64,000 nucleotides of DNA, taken from NCBI GenBank assembly GCA_017447805.1, contig JAFSMR010000001.1:36371-100370 (forward strand), given 5' to 3'. The notes beneath the pieces are model-generated. The model worked only from the letters and a program-made list of their open reading frames with translations, did no database searches and was not told the origin of the DNA. This document shows, one piece after another, positions 28,660 through 37,985 of this stretch. Origin of the DNA: Kiritimatiellia bacterium. GTDB taxonomy: Bacteria > Verrucomicrobiota > Kiritimatiellia > RFP12 > UBA1067. Position numbers and translations under genes: made by a program. The stretch's first letter is position 1. The number at the start of each line of letters is the position of its first letter.

Positions 28660-30105
28660 TTGCATCTTGAGCAGTCATCGGCGCCTCTAGCTGAGGCTTT
28701 AAACGCGCAACGGATTAACCGCCTGGCGCACTTCGACGTACCCGGCCATAAGGGCGGGCGCATGAATCCGGAGTTGCCTGAATATTTCGGCAAACTCTGC
28801 ATGGCGCTCGACGTGAATTCCATGAAGCCGCTAGACAACCTCGGCCACCCTGTCGGCGTTATTCGCGATGCGCAGATTTTGGCGGCCGAAGCTTTTGGCG
28901 CGGATCACGCGTTCTTTATGGTGAACGGAACGACTAGCGCCGTGCAGACGATGATTTGGGCGACTTGCGGACGCGGCGACAAGATAATAATGCCGCGCAA
29001 CGTGCACCGCAGCGCAATCAATGCGCTAGTCGTCAATGGCGCCGTACCGGTTTATGTAAACCCGGGAAGAAATTCTCGCCTCGGTATTCCGCTCGGCATG
29101 GGCGTTGAAGATGTGCAGCGGACAATCGAGATGAACCCCGATGCCAAGGCGATTTTGGTAAACAACCCTACATACTACGGAGTGTGCTCGGATTTGAAGA
29201 CGATCGTCTCTATCGCGCACGCCGCCGGCATGAAGGTCCTCGCCGATGAAGCGCACGGCACGCATTTCTATTTCCACGAAAAGCTGCCGATTTCCGGCAT
29301 GGAAGCAGGCTGCGACATGGCCGCCGTATCGCTCCATAAGACGGGCGGCTCGCTTACCCAAAGCTCTATCCTTCTTTGCCGCAATTCGGTGAACCCAGAC
29401 TATGTTCGCCAGATGATTACGCTTACGCAATCGACTAGCGCGAACTACCTTCTTCTTAGCTCGCTAGACCTCGCGCGCCGTCATCTCTATTTCCATGGCA
29501 AGGAAGTATACGGAAAAACAATCGCATTCGCGGAATACGCGCGCGATGAAATCAATAGGCTGGGCGGATATTATGCTTTCGGCGCCGAAACAGTAAACGG
29601 CGTAACGAGCTTCGATTTCGATACGACAAAGCTTTCGGTTCATACTAGAGATATCGGGCTTGCCGGTATCGAAGTATATGACCTCTTGCGCGACGACTAT
29701 GGTATACAAATAGAATTCGGCGATGTAGGCAATATACTCGCCATAATTTCCGCCGGCGACAGGCGCATGGATGTAGAGCGCTTGATTTCGGCGCTCGCGG
29801 AAATCAAGCGCCTTCACCGCAAAGACCCGGTAGGCCTCTTCGACCACGAATATGTAGACCCCGATGTCGTGATGAGCCCGGAAGCTGCGTTCGTGGCGAA
29901 TAAGGTAACCGTTCCTCTCAAGGCTTCGCTTGGCAGAATCGCCGGCGAATTCGTAATGAGCTATCCGCCGGGAATCCCGATTCTCGCGCCGGGCGAGCGC
30001 GTTACGCCGGATATCCTCGAGCACATCGAGTTCACCAAGGCCAAGGGGTGCTTCATGACAGGCCCTCTTGATATGAAAATCGATAATCTTCAAGTCGTGG
30101 GGTAG
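28660..30105 (+). CDS. speA: Orn/Lys/Arg decarboxylase family protein (likely arginine decarboxylase SpeA)
   Basis: PLP-dependent fold-I decarboxylase (FDVPGHKGG...SLHKTGGSLTQSS). Start assigned to an in-frame TTG preceded by GAGAGGA, 26 aa before PGHKGG as in Bacillus SpeA. The ORF track starts at 28450 with a TTG upstream of the promoter. Confidence 0.7.
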   Translation: MHLEQSSAPLAEALNAQRINRLAHFDVPGHKGGRMNPELPEYFGKLCMALDVNSMKPLDNLGHPVGVIRDAQILAAEAFGADHAFFMVNGTTSAVQTMIWATCGRGDKIIMPRNVHRSAINALVVNGAVPVYVNPGRNSRLGIPLGMGVEDVQRTIEMNPDAKAILVNNPTYYGVCSDLKTIVSIAHAAGMKVLADEAHGTHFYFHEKLPISGMEAGCDMAAVSLHKTGGSLTQSSILLCRNSVNPDYVRQMITLTQSTSANYLLLSSLDLARRHLYFHGKEVYGKTIAFAEYARDEINRLGGYYAFGAETVNGVTSFDFDTTKLSVHTRDIGLAGIEVYDLLRDDYGIQIEFGDVGNILAIISAGDRRMDVERLISALAEIKRLHRKDPVGLFDHEYVDPDVVMSPEAAFVANKVTVPLKASLGRIAGEFVMSYPPGIPILAPGERVTPDILEHIEFTKAKGCFMTGPLDMKIDNLQVVG

Positions 30106-30110
30106 AGAAA

Positions 30111-30956
30111 ATGGAACTTTGGTACACAGATAAACATACTGACGATGTTAGCTTTTCCGTCAAGGTAAAGCGTCAGCTCGCATCGCATAAAAGCGAAATT
30201 CAGCAAATCGATATTCTCGATACCTACGGCTATGGAAGAGTCTTGGTTCTCGATGGCGATTTGATGATTACCGAAAAAGATGAATTCATCTATCACGAAA
30301 TGCTTACACACGTTCCAATGGCGGTGCACCCCGATGTCAAAACTGTCCTTGTCGTCGGCGGCGGCGATGGCGGAACGGTGAGGGAGCTTGCGAAATACCC
30401 TAGCATAGAATCGATTGACCTAGTCGAGGCGGATAGAGATGTTGTAACTCTCTCGAGCATCCATATGCCCTTCACGGCATGCAAGCTACGCGATCCGAGA
30501 GTAAGAATACATTTTGAAGATGGACTTCGCTTTGTTCGCGGCCAGAACGACGCTTACGATTTGATTATCGTAGACTGTCCCGACCCTTACGGCCCGGCGG
30601 AAGGTTTGTTCACTCGCGAATTCTACGGCAACTGTTGCAATGCGCTGAAGGACGATGGAATTCTGATCAACCAGCACGAATCGCCCTTCTACGCCGCGCA
30701 CCAGACGAGCGTGAAGAATGCACATGCGCATATCGCGATCGAATTTCCGGTCTCGACCGTATATCAATGCCATATTCCGAGCTATCCTTCGGGGCACTGG
30801 CTATTCGGCTTTGCATCGCTGAAATACGACCCCGTGAAGGATTTGGCAGCCGACCGTTGGGAATCGCTGGGAATCCAGACGAGATATTACAACGCCGAAC
30901 TTCACCGCGGCGCGTTCGCTTTGCCAAATTATGTGAAAGATTTGTTGAACAAATGA
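30111..30956 (+). CDS. speE: spermidine synthase
   Basis: VLVVGGGDGGTVRELAKY, DLIIVDCPDP. Confidence 0.9.
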   Translation: MELWYTDKHTDDVSFSVKVKRQLASHKSEIQQIDILDTYGYGRVLVLDGDLMITEKDEFIYHEMLTHVPMAVHPDVKTVLVVGGGDGGTVRELAKYPSIESIDLVEADRDVVTLSSIHMPFTACKLRDPRVRIHFEDGLRFVRGQNDAYDLIIVDCPDPYGPAEGLFTREFYGNCCNALKDDGILINQHESPFYAAHQTSVKNAHAHIAIEFPVSTVYQCHIPSYPSGHWLFGFASLKYDPVKDLAADRWESLGIQTRYYNAELHRGAFALPNYVKDLLNK

Positions 30957-31816
30957 ACATTGTGAATTTCATTGGTGCCGATTCTCCGCTCGAAGAAGCT
31001 GATATCGTATTGTTCGGTGCACCCTTTGATTCTACTACGAGTTTTCGTCCTGGCACACGCTCGGGTCCCGCGGCGATTCGCTCGGAATCTTTTGGAATCG
31101 AAACCTATTCGCCATATCAAGATAAAGACCTGGAAGATGTAAAGGTCTGCGATGATGGCGATTTGGAATTGCCCTTTGGCTCGCCGGAACGCGCGCTCGA
31201 TATGATAGAAGAGGAGGCCGAAAAGATTCTTTCCGCCGGCAAAATCCCCTTCCTCCTCGGCGGCGAGCATCTCGTTACGCTGGGCGCGCTGAGAGCGGCG
31301 GCAAAGCGCTTCGAAAATTTAAGAATCATACATTTCGATGCACATGCGGATTTGCGCGAAGATTATCTTGGCGTCAAACTTTCGCACGCCTGCGTCATGC
31401 GCCGCTGTCATGATATTTTGGGCGATGGCAGAATATGGCAATTCGGAATCAGATCGGGAACAAAGGATGAATTCGCTTTCATGAAAGAAGGCCATGTTAC
31501 GACAGAACCTTTCTCTGTGAATACCTTGCCCTCGCTTGAATTCCCGGCTGGCACTCCGGTTTATCTAACGGTCGATTTAGATGTCCTTGATCCCGCGGAA
31601 TTTCCCGGCACGGGAACGCAGGAAGCAGGCGGTCTTAGATTCCCGGAGCTCCATTCTGCGCTTTGCGAAATTCTTTCGCGTTTCAATGTCGTGGCAATCG
31701 ATAACGTAGAACTCTCTCCTCATCTCGATTCCTCGGGCCGTTCAACAGCGCTCGCTTGCAAACTCTTGCGCGAAGAACTCCTCGCCATAAGAACAAATCC
31801 GTGTATTAAACAATAA
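30953..31816 (+). CDS. speB: agmatinase
   Basis: Ureohydrolase signatures (IHFDAHADL, TVDLDVLDPAEFPGTG). Start ATG overlaps the speE stop (ATGA). The longer upstream ORF in the track overlaps speE. Confidence 0.85.
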   Translation: MNIVNFIGADSPLEEADIVLFGAPFDSTTSFRPGTRSGPAAIRSESFGIETYSPYQDKDLEDVKVCDDGDLELPFGSPERALDMIEEEAEKILSAGKIPFLLGGEHLVTLGALRAAAKRFENLRIIHFDAHADLREDYLGVKLSHACVMRRCHDILGDGRIWQFGIRSGTKDEFAFMKEGHVTTEPFSVNTLPSLEFPAGTPVYLTVDLDVLDPAEFPGTGTQEAGGLRFPELHSALCEILSRFNVVAIDNVELSPHLDSSGRSTALACKLLREELLAIRTNPCIKQ

Positions 31817-31836
31817 ATCAAAAAAGGAATAAGATA

Positions 31837-33114
31837 ATGTCTAGAGTAATGTTGATTGGTGCTGGCGGGGTGGCGGGGGTCGCCGCCGCGAAGATGGCGC
31901 AAAACCCCGATGTATTCGGCGAACTTTTGATCGCCTCGCGCACGAAGTCGCGTTGCGATGCAATAAAAGACGATATCGAAAAGCGCGGTTTCGAAAAGAA
32001 TGGCCTAAAAACGAAAATCGAAACTGCCGAGCTCAATGCGATGAAAATCGCAGATACCGTCGCGATGATCAAAGCCTACAAGCCGGATCTCGTGATGAAT
32101 ATCGCTCTTCCTTACCAAGATCTCGCGATCATGGATGCATGCCTTGAAGCAGGTGTAAGCTATCTCGATACGGCGAACTACGAGCCGCCGGACGATGCCC
32201 ACTTCGAATATTCCTGGCAATGGGCCTATCGGGAAAAATTCGAAAAGGCGGGCCTTACCGCTATTCTCGGCTGCGGCTTCGACCCAGGCGTGACGCAAGT
32301 GTTTTCAGCCTTCGCGCAAAAGCACTATTTCGACACAATCGAGACGCTCGATATTCTCGATTGCAACGGCGGCGATCACGGCTACCCCTTCGCGACGAAT
32401 TTCAACCCCGAAATCAACATTCGCGAAGTCGCGGCAAAAGGCAGCTACTGGGTCGCCGACCCAGCTGAAGATAAACCCGAGGTCGCGGTAGAAAACCGCA
32501 AGGCTTTCGACAAAGGCTATTGGGTGGAAACTGCTCCCATGGCAATCAAGAGAGTCTATAATTTCGAAGGCGTCGGCGAAAAGGATATGTATCTTTTGCA
32601 CCACGAAGAACTCGAATCGCTCGGGTGCAACCTTAAAGGCATAAAGCGAATTCGTTTCTTCATGACTTTCGGGCAAAGCTATCTTACTCACCTCAAGTGC
32701 CTGGAAAATGTCGGCATGACGAGAATCGACCCCGTGAAATTCAATGGAGTCGAAATCGTGCCGATTCAATTCTTGCGCGCCCTGCTACCCGACCCCGCGA
32801 GCCTAGGTCCGCGCACGAAGGGCAAGACCAATATCGGATGCATTTTCCATGGTCTCAAGGATGGCAAACCGGTAGATTATTATGTATATAATATCTGCGA
32901 TCATCAGGAATGCTATAAAGAAGTCGGCTCGCAGGCGATTAGCTATACGACCGGCGTGCCTGCGATGATAGGCGCAAAGATGTTCCTCGAGGGCAAATGG
33001 GTAACCCCCGGCGTGCATACATGCGAAGAATTCGATCCCGACCCCTTCATGGCCGAACTCAATGTTCAAGGCCTGCCCTGGAAAGAAAATTTCGACCCCG
33101 TAAAAGTAGATTGA
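31837..33114 (+). CDS. saccharopine-dehydrogenase-family carboxynorspermidine/carboxyspermidine dehydrogenase
   Basis: N-terminal Rossmann motif LIGAGGVAGV. Same length as CANSDH. Lies immediately upstream of the CANS decarboxylase. Confidence 0.75.
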   Translation: MSRVMLIGAGGVAGVAAAKMAQNPDVFGELLIASRTKSRCDAIKDDIEKRGFEKNGLKTKIETAELNAMKIADTVAMIKAYKPDLVMNIALPYQDLAIMDACLEAGVSYLDTANYEPPDDAHFEYSWQWAYREKFEKAGLTAILGCGFDPGVTQVFSAFAQKHYFDTIETLDILDCNGGDHGYPFATNFNPEINIREVAAKGSYWVADPAEDKPEVAVENRKAFDKGYWVETAPMAIKRVYNFEGVGEKDMYLLHHEELESLGCNLKGIKRIRFFMTFGQSYLTHLKCLENVGMTRIDPVKFNGVEIVPIQFLRALLPDPASLGPRTKGKTNIGCIFHGLKDGKPVDYYVYNICDHQECYKEVGSQAISYTTGVPAMIGAKMFLEGKWVTPGVHTCEEFDPDPFMAELNVQGLPWKENFDPVKVD

Positions 33115-33124
33115 TTTTCCCGCC

Positions 33125-34258
33125 ATGCCTCGCTACATAATAGATGCCGCACGCCTGAGAAAGAATCTCGAAATTCTCAAGTGTATTTCGGATTCCACCG
33201 GCGCGAAAATTCTTCTCGCGCAAAAAGCATATTCTTGCGCGGCGACTTATCCTCTCTGCGCGAAATATTTGAACGGCACTACTGCAAGCTCGTTATTCGA
33301 AGCGAGGCATGGCAAAGAAAATTTCCCTGGCGAAACACATATCTTCGCGCCGGCTTTCGATGAGAGGGAAATTAATGAAATCTTTTCTCTCGTCGATTGC
33401 ATCGTATTCAATTCTCCGCGGCAGCTTGAGCTTTACGGCAAGGTTGCGCGCGAGAAATGTATCGAAGTCGGCCTTAGAGTAAACCCGGAGGTATCCGTAG
33501 CGACAACAGCCGCCTACGACCCTTGCCGCGCCTCATCGAGACTCGGCACGACGCTAAAGAATCTGCAAGATTATATCGCGAGCGGCGGTGAAGCTATCGA
33601 AAATCTGACCGGCCTCCACTTCCACTGCCTATGCGAACAAGGCGTCGAGGAGCTTGAAAAAGTCCTGAAAGGTTTTGAAGAAAAATTCTCGTTCCTCTTG
33701 CCGGAAATGAAATGGGTGAATTTCGGCGGCGGCCACCATATAACGCGCGATGATTACAATCGCGAGGCTCTCATCGCCTTGATAAACGATTTCCGTGCGC
33801 GTCATAATAACATAATCGTATATCTCGAACCTGGCGAGGCCATCGCCTTGAACGCCGGAACTCTAGAATCGCGTGTTCTAGAAATCCAACCGCCTTCGTC
33901 CGATGGCATAAGGAATGTAATTCTGGATACGAGCGCCGCGTGTCACATGCCGGATGTAATCGAGATGCCTTATACACCGCGCATAACTGGCGCGCGCATC
34001 GGCGCCGAAGGACCTTATATATATCGCTTTGGCGGGCCTACATGCCTAGCTGGTGACGAAATCGGAACATATTCCTTCCCTTCTTCCCTCAATGTCGGCG
34101 ACACTGTAATCTTCGAAGATATGGCAATCTATTCGATGGTGAAGAACAATACCTTCAATGGATTGAACTTGCCCGATATCGCGATTAAACGCGAAACCGG
34201 CGAGATTGAAATTCTTCGCCGGTTCGGATATTCTGATTTCGCTTATCGCCTTGCTTAA
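33125..34258 (+). CDS. nspC: carboxynorspermidine/carboxyspermidine decarboxylase
   Basis: 377-aa alanine-racemase-fold decarboxylase typical of NspC (MPRYIIDAARLRKNLEIL...). Confidence 0.8.
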   Translation: MPRYIIDAARLRKNLEILKCISDSTGAKILLAQKAYSCAATYPLCAKYLNGTTASSLFEARHGKENFPGETHIFAPAFDEREINEIFSLVDCIVFNSPRQLELYGKVAREKCIEVGLRVNPEVSVATTAAYDPCRASSRLGTTLKNLQDYIASGGEAIENLTGLHFHCLCEQGVEELEKVLKGFEEKFSFLLPEMKWVNFGGGHHITRDDYNREALIALINDFRARHNNIIVYLEPGEAIALNAGTLESRVLEIQPPSSDGIRNVILDTSAACHMPDVIEMPYTPRITGARIGAEGPYIYRFGGPTCLAGDEIGTYSFPSSLNVGDTVIFEDMAIYSMVKNNTFNGLNLPDIAIKRETGEIEILRRFGYSDFAYRLA

Positions 34259-34303
34259 AACGAGCTTACAACGACGCTGGCCGCTTTTCGGCTTTTCTCT
34301 CGT

Positions 34304-34879
34304 TCAATCGTCAGCCGCATCACGCTCTGCCATAATCATCAGCAGGTGCACTATTACGAATAGCCCGAATACTACAGAATGAAACACGACATACCCGGTA
34401 TAATGTCCGCCGATTTTCAAATCGTCTCCAAGAAGTCTGGATGATACGAATATCGGAACGATTATCGTAGTAAAAAGGAAATACAATAGACTGAGAATTG
34501 AATGCGGCGAAGCGGTCCATTCTTCCAATATGGAGGAATGGATCGCATTCTTAATGCCGATTGACATTGTCAAACCAAGGACAAAAAGGGAAATCACGCT
34601 AAACATTAAAGTAGTATCGAAAAGCCAAACATCTTCCGTCGGCCGCTCTATGCCGACAAACGAGACCAGACAGATTATGCCTAGCGCAATTAAAACAATG
34701 CAGGCAGTAATCAAATAATTCAGAAGGTTTTTAATATCCATACCAGCACATCTTTCTCTCTCGCGCCTAGCCTTAGGCGTTGCCTTTCGCATCGGCAAGC
34801 ACCCCCCGTCAAGTAGGCGAAGCAATTTATTATTCATTAACATAAAATCTTCCTCCATTCGTCGTTCGTCATTCTTCAT
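34304..34879 (-). CDS. membrane protein, unknown function
   Basis: 191 aa with 4 predicted TM helices. Confidence 0.4.
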   Translation of the reverse strand: MKNDERRMEEDFMLMNNKLLRLLDGGCLPMRKATPKARRERERCAGMDIKNLLNYLITACIVLIALGIICLVSFVGIERPTEDVWLFDTTLMFSVISLFVLGLTMSIGIKNAIHSSILEEWTASPHSILSLLYFLFTTIIVPIFVSSRLLGDDLKIGGHYTGYVVFHSVVFGLFVIVHLLMIMAERDAADD

Positions 34880-35261
34880 TCGTCATTGCGTGCCATCGGC
34901 ACACATGCCCCTCTATATCTCTACCACAGATTTTTGCGATTTATCACGCGAAAACGGTGAAAAGAAATGCTCCGAACATCGCTTTCACCCTTGATTTTAT
35001 TGGCTAAAAAACTTTTTTCGACTTTTTTTGGCGTGTCCATATTTTGGTCTTTAAAATGGCTTCTATTTTACCTTGCTTCGCGCAAAGCGCAGGTTTGCAA
35101 TTGCGTAAAGCGTGGCGTTCGCCTCGCGCGTACGCGCGTACGCTCGCGTGGTCTGATATAAAGCTAGTATATATATATACCCGTATGCGTATGTCATACC
35201 ACGCGCGCGCGCGAGGGAAGAAGGTTTTTGCATCGTCAGAATCAAAATCGATTCTGACAGA

Positions 35262-35440
35262 ACAAGCGCTTGCACGGTCGGAATCAAAATCAATTCCGGC
35301 AAAACAAGCGCTTGCACGGTCGGAATCAAAATCAATTCCGACAAAACAAGCGCTTGCACGGTCGGACCCAAGACCAATTCCGGCGAAACAAGCGCTTGCA
35401 CGGTCGGACCCAAGACCAATTCCGGCAAAGCGAAGCGGCC
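35262..35440. repeat. 4 tandem copies of a roughly 44-bp unit, ACAAGCGCTTGCACGGTCGGAATCAAAATCAATTCCGGCAAA
   Basis: Each unit carries two palindromes (CAAGCGCTTG and CGGAAT-N8-ATTCCG). The last two copies carry the variant CGGACCCAAGACCAATTCCG. Upstream at about 35140-35215 there are (CG)6 and (TA)5 tracts. Confidence 0.8.
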
Positions 35441-35582
35441 GTGGTAGGGCACGCCGCACCGCGGTCGCCGAGCTGGGCTCATCGCCGTTTCTGGCTATTC
35501 AAGAAATTCTAGGTTTCCTAGTAACCTAGAAAACCTAGAAAACGCCCATCTTACCATCAGACAATCAAACCATCAGACCATC

Positions 35583-37199
35583 TTACCATCTGAACGCTCC
35601 AAAACCGCCTTCCTTTTCTTCTTGCGCTGCGGGTTGCTGGCTAGCGGGGTCGCTCGAGCGCGATTTGATGCCGACGAGTTCTTCAACCTGCGAAAGATTA
35701 TACTCTATCTTCTGAAGTAATTCATCTTTCTTTTTCTTGTTCTCTGCCTCCCATTCTGCGGCGAATGCGGCTGATTTTTGCGCGAATAACTGCTTGTTTT
35801 CGGTCTTTTTAGTAGATATCTGTTCGTTGAGCGCGGCGATTTTCCGCTGATTTTCGTCTTTTAAGGCTTTGAGCTCGGATTCTTTGGCGGTGCGCTCTTG
35901 TCTAACCGCCTCTTCCTCGTCGGCGAGATCGCGAAGATGCGCTTCGCAATTCGCGATATTCAATTCGGTCTCCGCTATTCTCGCCTCAGTATCGGCCATG
36001 TTCCTTCTGATTCTTTCGGCGTTTCGGGGATTCTTGCCGAGCGAATTTTGCATGTTCGCGAGCGAACTTAAATCTTTATCCCTATTCTTCCGCGTCTTTT
36101 GGATTTTCGACTCTGTATTCTGCCTGTCTTTGGCAATTGCGCCGAGTTTCTCATCGTATGTATGCAGGGCGGAAATTTTCTGCACCCCTCTACGCCCGCG
36201 CACAAGCATAGGATCGGGGTCTATCGAGTTCAGCTGCTTTTCGAGTTCCTTTACGGGTGCTTCTAGTTCCTGTCGGCACTTCGCCTCGAATTGACGTTGT
36301 GCCTCGTTTCTGCGATTCTTCTCTCTATAGTTGAAATTCTCGATTTCGATCGAAAGTTTGTTTATTTCTTCCTCGCGCTCCTTAAGCTCGTCGAATTTCG
36401 AGTTGAATGTATCTACAGCGAGTCGCGCTTCTTGCGTGACGATTTCATTGCCGATAATATCTTTTCTCGTCACCTTGCGACCCCCTTTCTCTGCAGCGTT
36501 CAGCATCTCGCCAAGAACAGGCGCCTTATCCTCGCCAGAGAACGTAATCGCAACAATGTAGCCTTTCCTGCGGGCTGTCGATTCGCTCCAAATGCGTTCC
36601 TTGACTACAGCGCACGGTTTCTTGTAGATAATTTCATCGGCTTTTTCGGCCAACTTCGTCGGAACATATATTCCATCAGAATTCTTTGTTCTGTAGACTT
36701 CAACCGTTCCAGCCGCAAATTTAGGGGCGTTCATCATATTTCTCGCTATTTCAGGCAGTTCGCGCACGAGTTTCGGCGGCTTGTTGAGAAAATCTTTCGC
36801 ACCCTTTTGCAGGCGAAGGAATCTTTCTTCGTCGATTACGCTTCTCAAATTTGAAAAGTATCCGATTCCGTAGTTCTTCCGGATTACCAAATTGTTTTCT
36901 TCGAGAACCTTCGGGCTGGTATCCAGCGGATGGTAATATTTTTCGTTTGGATCAAACTCTGGATAATAGGTGCAGGTTATCTTTTCAAACGTTCCATGCA
37001 TAGGAAGCGCCTCCGTGGAAAGCTCGGCAGAGGCAATCTGGACACCTTTGAACCCGACGAAATCTCTCGAATATTTTCGCTCGATTTCGTCGAGCACGTA
37101 TTTTTCGGCAAATTCTCGCGGCTCTTTGTAGGTCTTTTTGCAGCCCGAAACAAGCGTCGTTGCGGCAATCAAGCTCAAAATCATATTCGAAATTTTCAT
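35583..37199 (-). CDS. lipoprotein with C-terminal coiled-coil region
   Basis: Lipobox LVSGC. C-terminal 250 aa are charged and heptad-rich (EEINKLSIEIENFNYREKNRRNEAQRQFEAK...). Confidence 0.5.
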   Translation of the reverse strand: MKISNMILSLIAATTLVSGCKKTYKEPREFAEKYVLDEIERKYSRDFVGFKGVQIASAELSTEALPMHGTFEKITCTYYPEFDPNEKYYHPLDTSPKVLEENNLVIRKNYGIGYFSNLRSVIDEERFLRLQKGAKDFLNKPPKLVRELPEIARNMMNAPKFAAGTVEVYRTKNSDGIYVPTKLAEKADEIIYKKPCAVVKERIWSESTARRKGYIVAITFSGEDKAPVLGEMLNAAEKGGRKVTRKDIIGNEIVTQEARLAVDTFNSKFDELKEREEEINKLSIEIENFNYREKNRRNEAQRQFEAKCRQELEAPVKELEKQLNSIDPDPMLVRGRRGVQKISALHTYDEKLGAIAKDRQNTESKIQKTRKNRDKDLSSLANMQNSLGKNPRNAERIRRNMADTEARIAETELNIANCEAHLRDLADEEEAVRQERTAKESELKALKDENQRKIAALNEQISTKKTENKQLFAQKSAAFAAEWEAENKKKKDELLQKIEYNLSQVEELVGIKSRSSDPASQQPAAQEEKEGGFGAFRW

Positions 37200-37299
37200 G
37201 TTTACGCCTTTCCTGCGATGTCCTTTTACAATTGCTTAGGAAACTTTGAAGGCAATTTCTGACAAAATTTTTCTTTTTTTATTTTTTTAACTTTCCCCC

Positions 37300-37329
37300 T
37301 TGACCTGGCACGGCGAAATATGGTATAAT
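37300..37329 (+). promoter_or_regulatory. tRNA operon promoter (TTGACC, 18-bp spacer, TGgTATAAT) with an upstream A/T-rich UP-like element
   Basis: ttttctttttttatttttttaactttcccccTTGACCtggcacggcgaaataTGgTATAATatg. Confidence 0.6.
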
Positions 37330-37351
37330 ATGTCCCGTTTTCGGCAAACAG

Positions 37352-37427
37352 GCGAGCTTAACTCAGTTGGTAGAGTGCCACCTTGCCAAGGTGGTTGTCG
37401 AGGGTTCGAGTCCCTTAGCTCGCTCCA
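37352..37427 (+). tRNA. tRNA-Gly (GCC)
   Basis: Cloverleaf folds: acceptor GCGAGCT/AGCTCGC; anticodon stem CCACC/GGTGG with loop TTGCCAA; T-loop GGTTCGAGTCC; encoded CCA. Confidence 0.9.
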
Positions 37428-37446
37428 ATCTCCGAAGCAGTGAAAT

Positions 37447-37523
37447 GGGGGCGTAGCTCAGCTGGCTAGAGCAAGTGACTCTTAATCACTGGGTCCAGGG
37501 TTCGAATCCCTGCGCCCCTACCA
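37447..37523 (+). tRNA. tRNA-Lys (CTT)
   Basis: Acceptor GGGGGCG/CGCCCCT; anticodon stem AGTGA/TCACT with loop CTCTTAA; T-loop GGTTCGAATCC; encoded CCA. Confidence 0.9.
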
Positions 37524-37531
37524 TTTAAACC

Positions 37532-37607
<76 letters not shown>

Positions 37608-37619
37608 AATCCAATCAAA

Positions 37620-37649
37620 CTCGGAGAGAACTCCGAGATTTTTTGTTTT
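37620..37649 (+). terminator. intrinsic terminator of the tRNA operon
   Basis: ctcggag-agaa-ctccgag followed by attttttgtttt. Confidence 0.8.
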
Positions 37650-37927
37650 ATGGATTTGCGCGTAAAGCCCAATTGTCGGGCTTGTTTTGATTTCTCCCAG
37701 TTCTCTTTCGTGTGTGCCACAGAATGCGTACCACGGCCTTTCTGGGGCTTTTCATCCCGCGAAGTATCTCCGCCGCGTGACTTTAGTCAACACGACGGTT
37801 TCAAGGGAAAACGCCCAATTCTTCCATTTTCTATGGAAACCACCTATCTGGTGTGCGCGTATCTTGTCATAGGCAGTTTGAGCCCAAAAGAGAACTCTGC
37901 GCCGCCAGAGTGTGCAAATGCACACAT

Positions 37928-37958
37928 TGCAAAATAGGCATGGCCGTAAGACCATGCC
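37928..37958 (-). terminator. intrinsic terminator at the end of the recombinase operon
   Basis: GGCATGG-ccgtaaga-CCATGCC. The minus-strand transcript continues with UAUUUUG. Confidence 0.5.
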
Positions 37959-37985
37959 TTGAGATGCTATGATTGTAGAATGAGG

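Noticed and set aside
30635-30952. 5' extension of the speB ORF in the track
   Set aside because: It overlaps speE in another frame for 320 nt. The ATG at 30953 overlaps the speE stop as ATGA, and the agmatinase homology begins there.
35004-35529. Overlapping ORFs on both strands encoding reiterated peptides (ARSESKSIPAKQAL...)
   Set aside because: They are translation artefacts of the 44-bp tandem repeat. All six frames give periodic peptides.
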